Shown here piece by piece: positions 53,833-64,000 of a DNA stretch of 64,000 nucleotides (positions within the stretch are counted from its first letter, which is position 1; every line of letters begins with the position of its first letter). The stretch is from Lama glama. Its lineage: Eukaryota. The stretch is from NCBI GenBank assembly GCA_028534125.1, contig CM052817.1:21144001-21208000 (forward strand), read 5' to 3'. The notes under the pieces are model-generated. The model was not told where the DNA came from. It made no database searches and worked only from the letters and a program-made list of their open reading frames with translations. A program made the position numbers and the translations under genes.

Positions 53833-54634
53833 TGTCTAGCCTACTTTAATTACACTTGTATTCCTACTGTCTAAATCATTAGTTTTCATCTCACCATGAA
53901 TATCTTTGACAATGAGCAGAAATTATAAAGTTGACAATATTATCTTTCTGGTCAAATGTTGCCTCAAACTCCCAATTTCTAACAAGGTACTAATCACATT
54001 CAAGCAGACTGTTCATTCTCCATTGCAATTCATAGATTTTATTCTTACTTCTATTTTAGTTTAAAAATATTATTATAAATGACTGTTAGAAAATACATAA
54101 AAACAGAATAGTAGACTGTATTTCTCTATGTCTACCTATAAGCTTCAAAAATTAACAATATTTTTGTCTATCTTATTTCATAAATACACTCACTTCTTTT
54201 GTTGTGTCTGATTCTTTTGGTTTTGTTTTTGTCTTTCCAGGAATATTTTATTAAAAATCCAAGACACCATGTCACTACACATAAAACTACTTCAGAAAGT
54301 ATCAAATAAAGAGATTTTATGTTTTAATATTCACACCAATTTATATTTGTTGTGTTTATATCTTCTGCATATCCCATTATTTTAAACATATATAAAATTT
54401 TACAACTGAATTTTATTCTTACAATTTTGTGCTGTTAATTTTATAATCTACTTTAAAATTACTATTTTATATTTACTTCTTTACTTAAAATGAGAGCAAC
54501 AGCTATTTAAATAAGCCAGTCACTTTCATTTTCCACTTTCTTAAAAAATGTGTGTATATCTGAATGACATTATTTATTAGCTGACTCTTGGTAAATATAC
54601 CACAAATATTAAGATGCTTGTCTAAATGCACTGA

Positions 54635-55676
54635 TGATTTCTGATCGCAACTAAGATGGAGTAACAAGGCCTAACATTACTTTCTCCCCTGAAACAAATA
54701 CAAATCTGGACAAAATATATTAAACAATGGTTTTTAGTCATTAGGTGTCAGGAAACACAGGGTAGGAACACCGAGAAAGGGGAAACCAACAAAGTGAAAC
54801 CTTAAATGTTTCCAGTTTACAGACTGAATGGCAGGAGTTGGTCAGTCTGCAGGAGTTGAAAAGATGGTTTGGGAGTCTGGCAAGGCCAAAAAATGCAGGA
54901 ACTGCAGGGTAGAACATCAAAGAAAGAGAGCTGCACATAGGGAGTTCCAGAGATTAGCAGGAGTTCCCCCCTAGAACCTTCTTCTCAGGAGAAAGAACCA
55001 CACAAAAATATCAGAGTAAATGATCCTCCAAACTTACATAGAGCCAAGATAATATGCGTTCCCCAAAGTATGATTAAGCCAGTTTACCTAGGATTGTCCT
55101 GGGTTTAAAACTGAAATCCTTGTGTTCCAGGAAACCCATTCCAGGCAAATTGGGACATCTGATCCCAGTGGCAAAACCTCAAAATCTGAAATATGTTATG
55201 TTAGGAAATTAGATGAGTTTTGCTTTGGTGGTAAAAAGTTAGTCCTAGACTAAACAGTCCTAGACTGTTCTGACCTTGCCTAGTAAAACTTAATAGTCTA
55301 AAAGGATCGAACTATTTTTGGGTAATTTAAAAAGTCAAGAATATTTAAAGGAATAAAAAAATCCAGCAACGAACTAGGTATCATCCACAATGTATGGAAT
55401 CCAATAAAATACTCCAGGCATGCAAAGGGGCAGGAAAATGTGATTCTTAATAAAAAGGAAAAAGTTAATAGAAACAGACATGATAATGACACAGATAATA
55501 GAAGAGGCAAGAACATCATAAAGGTCATTATAGCTGTATTAAATCCAAGAAGGCAAAGAAAAGATTTAGCCTAGCAAGTATAAACATAGACGATAGAAAG
55601 AAGATCCATCTCTAAAATGAAAACTATAATGTCAGAAATAAAAATTCACTGACTAGGATTAAAAACAGATTAGACA
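54635..55676 (+). mobile_element. Old L1 5' region/ORF1 start (L1MC/L1MD/L1M4-like)
   Basis: AAGATGGAGTAAC...CTGGACAAAATATAT; CCAGGCATGCAAAG...CAGGAAAATGTGA; GGATTAAAAACAGATTAGACA. Confidence 0.65.
55068..55168. mobile_element. hAT-Blackjack MITE (MER81-like) nested in L1
   Basis: CCAGTTTACCTAGGATTGTCC...ACTGAAA...CCAGGAAACCC...CCAGGCAAATTGGGAC; palindromic arms. Confidence 0.6.
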
Positions 55677-56236
55677 GGTCTTCTGCCCATTTCTTGATCT
55701 GTTTTCTTTTTTTTTGATGTTGAGTTAAATGAGCTTTTTATTTAGGATATTATCCCTTAGTGGTCATACCATTCACAAATAGTTTCTCCCATTCCTGAAT
55801 AGACATTTCTCCAAAGAAGATATACTTATGACCAACAGGCACATGAAAAGATGCTCAACATTGCTAATTATTTGAGAAATTCACATCTAAACCACAATGA
55901 GGTATCACCTCACACTGCTTAGAATGGGTATCATCAAAAACCTTACAAATAATACATTCTGGAGAGAGTGTCCAGAAAAAGGAACCCTCCTATGTTGTTG
56001 GTGGAAATGTAAATTGGTGCAGCTGCCATGGAGAACAGTATAGAGGTTCCTTGAAAAAACAAAAATAGAGTTACCATATGATCCAGCAATTCCACTCTTG
56101 GACATATATCCAGAGAAAACTCTAATTAAAGTAAAAATACATGCGCCTGAATGTTCATAGCAGCACTGTTTATAATAGCCAAGACATAGAAGCAACCTAA
56201 ATGTTCATGGACAGATAAATGGATAAAAAAGATGTG

Positions 56237-56276
<40 letters not shown>

Positions 56277-56690
56277 ATATAATGGAGTATTACTCAGCTA
56301 TAAAAGGAATGAATTAACACCATTTGCAGCAACAAGGGTGGACCTAGAGATTATCATACCAAGTGAAGTAAGTCAAACAGGGAAAGACAAATATATGACA
56401 TCACTTATATGTGCAATCTAAAAAATAATGACATAAATAAACTTATTTGCAAAACAGAAAGAGACTTACAGACATAGAAAACAAACTTATGGTTACCAGG
56501 GGGAAGAGAGGGAAGGAAGGTATAAGTTGGGAGATTGGGTTTGGCAGATACAAACTACTATGTACAGAAGAGATAAACAAGATCCTACTGAATAGCGAAG
56601 GGAACTATATTCAATGGCTTATAGTAACCTATAATGAAAAAGAATACAAAAAAGAATACACATATATATATATAACTGAAGAAAATTTTA
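55677..56690 (+). mobile_element. Younger L1 3' portion with inverted 5' segment (55677-55794)
   Basis: CTGAATAGACATTTCTCCAAAGAAGA, CATATGATCCAGCAATTCCACTC, GAAGTAAGTCAAACAG, ACAGACATAGAAAACAAACTTATGGTTACCA; contains (CA)n at ~56238-56274. Confidence 0.9.
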
Positions 56691-56694
56691 AAAA

Positions 56695-57270
56695 ATTAAA
56701 AAACCAAAATGAGCTATCACCTCACACCTGTCAAGATGGCTATCATCAAAAAGAACACAAATAACAAACACTGGAGAGGATGAGGAGAAAGGGGAACCCT
56801 TGCACACTGTTGGTGGGAATGTAAGTTAATGCAACCACTGTGGAGAGCAGTATGGAGCTTTCTCAGAAAACTAAAAATCTAACTACCATTTGACCCAGCA
56901 ATTCCTCTCCTGTGTATATATCTGAAAAAAAAACAAACAAACACACTCATTCAAAAAGTTATGTGCACCCCAATGTTCATAGAAGAATTATTTCCAATTG
57001 CTGAGATACGGAAGCAACCTAAGTGTCCATCAACAGATGAATGAATGAATAAATATATATATACATATACACACACACATACATACATATATGTATACAT
57101 ATACAAAAATGGGATAATCTCAGTCATAAAAAAGAATGAAAATTTTGCCATTTGCAACAACATGGATGAACTTGGAGAGTATTATTATGCTAAGCAAAAT
57201 AAATTAGACAAAGACAACTACTGTATAATATCACTTATACATGGAATCTAAAAATTACAAAATAAAGAGC
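56695..57270 (+). mobile_element. Second L1 (L1MA-like) ORF2 end/3'UTR fragment
   Basis: ATCACCTCACACCTGTCAAGATGGCTATCATCAAAAAG...GCAACCTAAGTGTCCATCAACAGATGAATG...CATGGATGAAC. Confidence 0.85.
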
Positions 57271-57299
57271 TTGTCATTGTTGATAAAAAACAAGGTAGA

Positions 57300-58130
57300 A
57301 CTTTGTGTTGTCTATGGGAAAGTCCTTTTAACATAAACACACAGATAAATTAACAGTAAATAGATGAATAAATATATACCATGTTAAAACTAATCAAATA
57401 AAACTGTCAGATGAAGTAAATTTAAGAAGAATAATACAAGGGAAAAAGAAAGCCACTTACCTTAATACAAATTTTAATTCATGGAAAGGATATAAACACA
57501 CAATACTTGCGTTCTTATATAACAGCACCTTAAATATGTGAAGCAGAAGCTAATAGAAATTAAGTGGGAAATAAACAAATACACACTCATAGCTTGAGAA
57601 ATCAACACTGACCTCTCAATGATTAAAAGAAACAGTAGGAAGAAAATCAGTAAGAATATAACTGTGTTGAACAACACTATCAGCCAGATATACCTGATTT
57701 ACATTTATAGAGTATTCTGTCCAACAAAATAGTCACAAATCATTTCAAAACTATTTAAATCATACAGTGTGTTTTCTCTGAACAAAGTTAAATTAAGTTC
57801 AAAATCAATAACACAAATGCATTTTTAAAATCTCCAAATATTTGAAAGCCAGGTAAAACAGTTCTAAATCACATGTTGGTCAAATGACAGTTCAAAAGAC
57901 AACTTGGAATGTATTCTGATATGAATGAAAATGAAAACTCAGCATATTAAAATGGGTAGGATGCAGTTAATGAAATACTTAGATGGAAATTTGGGGCACT
58001 TTTAGTAGACACATTACTATAAAAGAGGAAACTTTCCGAATCAGTGATCTCAGCTTTCACCTTAAGAAACTAGAAATAGAAGAGAATTGAAAAACAAAGT
58101 AGGCTAAGAAAAATAATAAAGAAATTGCAA
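57300..58130 (+). mobile_element. Old L1 ORF2 endonuclease-region fragment
   Basis: AAATATGTGAAGCAGAAGCTAATAGAA, GAAAATCAGTAAGAATATA, GCTTTCACCTTAAGAAACTAGAAA. Confidence 0.8.
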
Positions 58131-58688
58131 CAGTTGCCTGTCATGGTCTCACAGATTTGAAAGGGGAGTTAATGACAAATTATACAGAATTAGAAATATA
58201 ATATTATACACATGAAACATAATATTATAAAGCAGTGTCAATGCAAAATATAAACAAGCAAATAAATAAATAAATAGATAAATTTTTTACAAAGGATAAA
58301 TTGTGCTGGCATCCAATCACAAAGAACCGAGGCTAGAAGCTGGGCTTGGCAGGGAGTAACACCCAGGTTGAAACTGGAGAAGATATTTCATGATATGAAT
58401 CCCTTTAATGTAGAGAGGAGCTTTTGACTCTACATTTGGATTTAAATGAGTGTCTGGTAAGTAGTATGCGTGCTCTGGTTCATCCCAAAGCCACAGACAG
58501 GAGGGTACAGGAACTGAGTGTGAATGTCTCGCTGAAAGTGCACTCGAACAGTGGTGTTGAATAGAATAAGCTTAAGATAACTTATTGGGAAACAAGAAGG
58601 AATAGTACAACTTCTATTTTTATTTGTTTTTCATTTTTTTCCACATGTAGCTTCTATATTTCTGTACTTATTTTGATGCACACAATAG

Positions 58689-58905
58689 GGATAGACTGGG
58701 ATTTCAAAATTGTAGAACAGATAAACAAGATTACACTGTATAGCACAGGGAAATATACACAAAATGTTATGATAAATCACAGAGAAAAAAATGTGACAAT
58801 GAGTGTGTATATGTCCATGTATGACTGAAAAATTGTACTGAACACTGGAATTTGACACAACACTGTAAAATGATCATGAATCAATAAAAATGTAAAAAAA
58901 AAAAA
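58689..58905 (+). mobile_element. Young 5'-truncated camelid-type L1 tail with poly(A)
   Basis: GTATAGCACAGGGAAATATA...TCAATAAAAATGT then a poly(A) run; ACAATAG direct repeat at 58682-58688 and 58906-58912. Confidence 0.85.
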
Positions 58906-61194
58906 ACAATAGAATAATGTACTAGTCCATGTAAATAATTTTAAACACACATTCGCTACAATACATATTAGGTGATAATATTTAATATATAATGCATTAT
59001 ATATTTATCAAATAATCACACATAATAAATTATTAAGTTTAATGCAATTATTGTAATAAATAATATATAATAAATAACAACAATAATATAATCACATATA
59101 TGATTCTTTCCTTTCTTCTTTCTTTCCTTCCTGAATTTTTTTTTCTTTCTCTTCCTTCATTTCTTTCTTTCTGTCACAGATTTAGTTCGAATTCATCTTT
59201 CTAGCAGAAACCACACTGGTAATTCATATTTAGATTTCAATTTGTTTCATTCTGTCTGAAACATATTTGCAAAGCAATCCAATTCAAAACACCTCTAGCT
59301 TTTAAAGCTTTTCTCAAATTGTTACACACACTGTTATAAGTAATTTAAAAGAATATTGTAAATAATTCATCCTTAATAGGTCTTTGCAAATATTCAACTT
59401 AGTTTCTGTGGAAAACTCATCCATTTTATATCAGCATTTAACAATTTTGATGTTGGCATAAAAACCAGATAATAACTGTAACAGATAATTATCTAACCAA
59501 ATAATTAGAACAGCAGCCACAACTGGCATAAATATGCTTAGGAACAAATACTGATTAATATCGGTGAGTTTACAACTCATCCGTTCTGAGCAGAAATGTT
59601 TTAAGTATTTGGAAGATTAGCTAGTACTTGCTCTTGGTTGTTAGCAAGCCACAGTCTTTTTCAGGATATTTTTCTAAGAAAATAGGTGGGATTTGTTTAC
59701 TGACTACTAAACTAATCACCCTCTAGGAGGGTTTCTAATTTATTATTATTGGTATTAAAAATTAGTATTAAAAAATCAAATGGATAGTTGTACCAAACGT
59801 TCTTTAAAACTCTTTCTTGTAGCATAATTTATATATCCATTCAATCATACAAAATTCAATTTATTGTTGATGAATGTATTCCCATATCACTATTCCATAG
59901 CAAGCTGATATAAAATTAGACAATAATGTGTCTTTTTATTATAGAATAACATAATATCTCTAATGTTTAATCAGAATCAGGGATAAAACAAAGAAAGGCA
60001 ATGAACAACTGTATTTAATAAATTGATTTGATTCAGTGATTCTTGATTTTTAAAGCTCTTTAGTTTCAAGGATATGACTATAAAATGCATGTTTCAACAT
60101 CCATAAAAAGGTATTTTTCTCTGAATGGGAGAATAAATCACTTTTCTGCTTCTGGTAATATTCTTGTTCATTTTTTCTTACAAAATATGAAATAATATAA
60201 TAAAACTCATTGATAAATGGCCCATCATTTTTAGTTTGGCAATCTTATTTTCTGTGGAATAATTGAAAATGAAATGGTTTCACCTCACATATATCTACTC
60301 TACAAAATAGTAGGATTATCCAAAAATGAGAACAATTTTTCTTCCTAATAAAGAAGAGTTATGTTAATAATTTCAAAAACAATAATATAGCTTAATTTAT
60401 TTATTTCTCTCACAATGGATGAATTTCTAAAGTAGGACAGTTTGTGTTTGGGGTGGTGAGGTGACAAAGACAGAGACAGAGAGACAGAGATTCTACATAT
60501 TAAGATAACATGTTGGTTGAAATTATAAATATTTTAATATTTATAATCAAACAGGTTTGGATTTGAAAGCTGGATTAAGAATTTAACTCCTTTTTATTTT
60601 TAATTTAAAAAATGGGTCTGTATATGATGAGTGATCAAAACCAGACTGTGTATCATAATAACACAGTGAGATTTTGAAGGCTGATGCATTCTTTATTCAG
60701 AAGGGACACACGTTTCAGGAATGAATCACTCAGGAGACAGAAAAGGACAATCACTCCCGGCCTTGAAGAAAGAAGAGAACTTCCATTTTACTCCATATGC
60801 CCACTGTGAATCCTCTCTAGTTCAAGTTTTGGTTTGTTTTTGACTTTTTATTCTTTATAGTCCTAAAGATAAAAAGTAGAGGAGAAGGGGAAAAATAACC
60901 CTCTTCAGAGTTTAACTTATTAAGATCCTTTAACCAATTATCTTGCTTCATGGATCTGAGTTAGACCTGAAGGTACTTAATCCAAAAAAAAAAAAAAAAA
61001 AGGGAGAGAGAGAGAGAGATTATAAATATTTGAAAACAAGTGTAGCTTAGTATATTCAAAACCAGAATAAAATTGAGCTTAACCCTTCTGGAGCAGAATG
61101 CTTTTAGCTTCAATATGTGACCGATTAATATTTTATTTCTTTTGAGTTTGTGCTTTTTATGTCGACTTGGAAGAAGAATACTTCCTGATGAGTT

Positions 61195-61265
61195 TGTGTG
61201 TGTGTGTGTGTGTGTGCGTGTGTGTGTGTGTGTGTGTGTGCGTGTGTGTGCGCGTGTGTGTGTGT
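61195..61265 (+). repeat. (TG)n microsatellite with CG interruptions
   Basis: Direct reading. Confidence 0.97.
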
Positions 61266-62803
61266 AGATCAATACAACAACTTTTTTTTAGGTGTTTAGT
61301 TTTTCATGGCATCTTTAAACATTCCTAATCACAACAACCTGAACTTTGCATAAAATGGACAACTTGAAACAACTTTTCTGGATGTTGTTTTGACTCGAGT
61401 CATCTTTTCTCACTCGTAACTCAGTTTCATGAAGACTTTCTGGATTTTTTAGGTCACTGACATCACTCCACAGTCTCATGGTTTATCTCTTATTCCTAGA
61501 ATTCTATGAATATATTTGTGAATGTGACTAAAAAATTTTATAGTCCCTTTCCATTTTTCTACCATGTCTTAAACTTTAAAAATTAATATTAACACAGCAT
61601 GAATTCTAATACCAATTAAACTGTATTGACTTTTTAGGTAGCAGGTATTATAAAAAATGCTATCATAAACATCTATTTAAACTGCATAACAAAATCATGA
61701 AGTATTTATCATTTTGTAGATGAGGAAATCCTGTCTCAGAGTAAATAACTAGTCTGATTAGGCACTTTTACATATTAAGCTAAATTGCATTAATGAATCA
61801 ACTGTGTTACTATCTTTCATTACAAACCAATATTTTAAATCCTTTATCAATATCAATCATTATTCTAAGTATACATATGAAATATATACATGTATGTAAA
61901 TATCCTTCCTTCATACCCTAAACTTTGAGGCAAGACCAATGTAGTCATGGTTGCACACACCTGTACATTGATATTTTGAAAAATCGAATTCATTTTCATA
62001 AAGAACTTTGAAAATTGCTAATTATACAAGTTAACAAATAGGTATCTACTCGTTTATACTACAATCTATAAAATATGTTATATTTTAATTTCTTTCTGTA
62101 AATGCATTGTGAATCCCAATGAAGAACCTGGAACCTGGTGCATACCTGTCTTCCTCATCTACTAATGAAAATTCCATACTAAGAAAGCATTAGTCTCCTC
62201 TTTACATTCCCGTAGTGAAGTTTTTTTTTTAACTGTGTCTTGCACAAACCTCATATTTTTCCTGGCAATTTATATTATACTTTTGATATTTTTAGTTTAT
62301 GCAATCGCCACGTGGCTTGTCTGCTTTGGTGATTATATCCCCAGTGCTTATTACAATGCCTATAACACAGCAGGCATTCAGAGGTGGTTTACAGGTTAAC
62401 TTGCTGGCTCTACCCTCCTTTTGTTATAATTTCACATTCTTTGTTTTTTCTTTTTCCCCAGGCTGGGAAGGAAATGACTTGTTCTTACATCTATGCAGAA
62501 TTCATACATATGAATATATATTATCATATATGTATATACAATACATATGTAATTATATGTGTGTATATATATATATTTTTCAAATTTAAAATCAGGATAA
62601 ATAAGTATGAGGATACTAATTTATGCAATATTGCATGTTCAGTAAGTGGCTGAGCCATTAACATAATCTAGTCAGTCAATGCATCCTACCACATCATGGT
62701 CACAGATGTCCTATGCCTGACCATTTTCTTTTAAACTATGTTTAATCATGACAAAACCAATAATCAAGGTCCTGTAAGAGTGCATTCTCTGCCTGTAACT
62801 TGA

Positions 62804-62881
62804 TACATACACACACACACACACACACAGATATCTATCTATCCATCTACCTATCTACCTACTTACCTATTTATTTATCTA
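62804..62881 (+). repeat. (CA)n + (TCTA)n compound microsatellite
   Basis: Direct reading. Confidence 0.9.
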
Positions 62882-63300
62882 ACAAATGTATACCATATTA
62901 TTTTTGCCAAACCATGTGTTCTAGTTGTGAAGTGTACAAATGGAATCAAATTGTTTGCAGAACACTCCTTGAGGCTTACATTTTTGCAAAAAATCTTGGC
63001 AACAAGCAAGTTTAAAATGTTATAGAACATGAAAAAACAACACAGTGTTTCTTGAGAGAGAATATTGATTGGCAGTTCTGTCAGTAGCTATTTTAGATAA
63101 GGTGGTAAAAATGTCATTCTCAGGAAGTGAAATTTAAACAGAGACATAAAGATGAAGAATGAGCCATCAATGATGGGGAAAAAAATGATGAAAGGTGGAA
63201 AAAAATTGAGGCAAATGAAACAAATAGACCATGTAAATTATAAGACTATAATATTCTAGAAAATCTCAAAAGGCTAGTCTGTCCAATACATATCAGTAAG
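62882..63300 (-). mobile_element. LINE-2 3' end
   Basis: AACAAATGTA...TGCCAAACCATGTGTTCTAG...CCTTGAGGCTTACATT...TTTAGATAAGGTGGT...GGAAGTGAAATTTAA. Confidence 0.6.
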
Positions 63301-63339
63301 TAGCAGTGTTGCAAGAAATTATGTTTGGCCACTATATAT

Positions 63340-64000
63340 TTGGAAATCTGTCTAATCTCATTAGCAATTAGAAAAATGTATATTAAAAACAAAATGAAAT
63401 AATTTGCATTCAGAAAATTGTCTACATTTTAAAATAAGGCTATATAATGTCAAGTTTTCATGAGATGAGCAGCGATCTTATACAATGTTGGTTTGAACAG
63501 ACATCTGTTGCAAGCTCTTTGGTAAACTACTTGGGATTATGTGCGTACTCTAATGCAGTAATTCCACTAAGGGATGTATACCCTAGAGAAACACCTAACA
63601 AGAGAGCCTTAAGACATATCAAGAATGTTTAACAGAATGTGGCCTAAGACACACCCCAGAACATTATTTAGCAGATAGTGTAATTAGCACAAATTTTCAT
63701 TCACAGGAGAAACATAAATATATCTTGGTCTCTTAGGGCATTGGAATATTATAAAGTTTAGTAAAAGACCACCGTAATTTTAAACTAAAAAGTAAACTTC
63801 AGAAAATATCAAGAAACTAGAAATAAATCTATGAAATGGTGTGCCAGAATGATACACTACAAACTATAAAACACTGCCACAATAAGTTAAGTAAGCTATA
63901 AATAAATGGAAATGTTTCCTGTTTTCATGGATGGAAAGATTAAATATTGCTCAATGTCAATTCTCCACAAATTGGTTTATAGAATGGATGTAATCTCAAT
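63340..64000 (+). mobile_element. Old L1 fragments (3'UTR piece, then ORF2 RT C-terminal piece running off the window)
   Basis: GTAATTCCACTAAGGGATGTATACCCTAGAGAAA; TTCATGGATGGAAAGATTAAATATTG...ATGTCAATTCTCC ('SWIGRLNI..MSIL'). Confidence 0.75.

Noticed and set aside
55905..57677. ORFs of 67-105 aa
   Set aside because: Sense/antisense translations of L1 sequence; no intact ORF1/ORF2
60961..61272. 103-aa His/Thr-repeat ORF
   Set aside because: Derived from (CA)n, (CT)n and poly(T) tracts on the minus strand
1..64000. Casein/SCPP-type gene suggested by tiny exons
   Set aside because: No signal-peptide exon and no phase-0 SSEE-type exons found; candidate exon lengths are not multiples of three

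Overview
AT-rich, CpG-depleted mammalian genomic DNA with no recognisable protein-coding gene, structural RNA gene, CpG island or CRISPR array. It reads as intergenic DNA or the interior of a large intron. Three tRNA-derived SINEs of the Vic-1 type and cetartiodactyl-style L1 3' tails point to a camelid (alpaca/llama/camel); this is an inference. Much of the window is decayed interspersed repeat: L1 of several ages, L2, MIR, MaLR (MLT1), ERV1/ERVL solo LTRs, Tigger/hAT DNA-transposon relics and microsatellites. There are two fixed-length 500-N assembly gaps. The listed ORFs look like chance, repeat-derived or N-gap artefacts. Most worth following up: (1) an unclassified ~400-bp fold-back element with internally repeated inverted arms at 28842-29240, inside an old L1/HAL1 ORF1; (2) an NF-kB + IRF + ATF/Jun + C/EBP motif cluster in unique DNA at ~37.5-37.8 kb; (3) two L1 insertions with twin-priming 5' inversions; (4) several well-formed + strand splice-site pairs that could be exons of an unannotated transcript. 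I found no convincing evidence of a new biological system. Repeat family names are from recall of consensus sequences, and most repeat boundaries are approximate.
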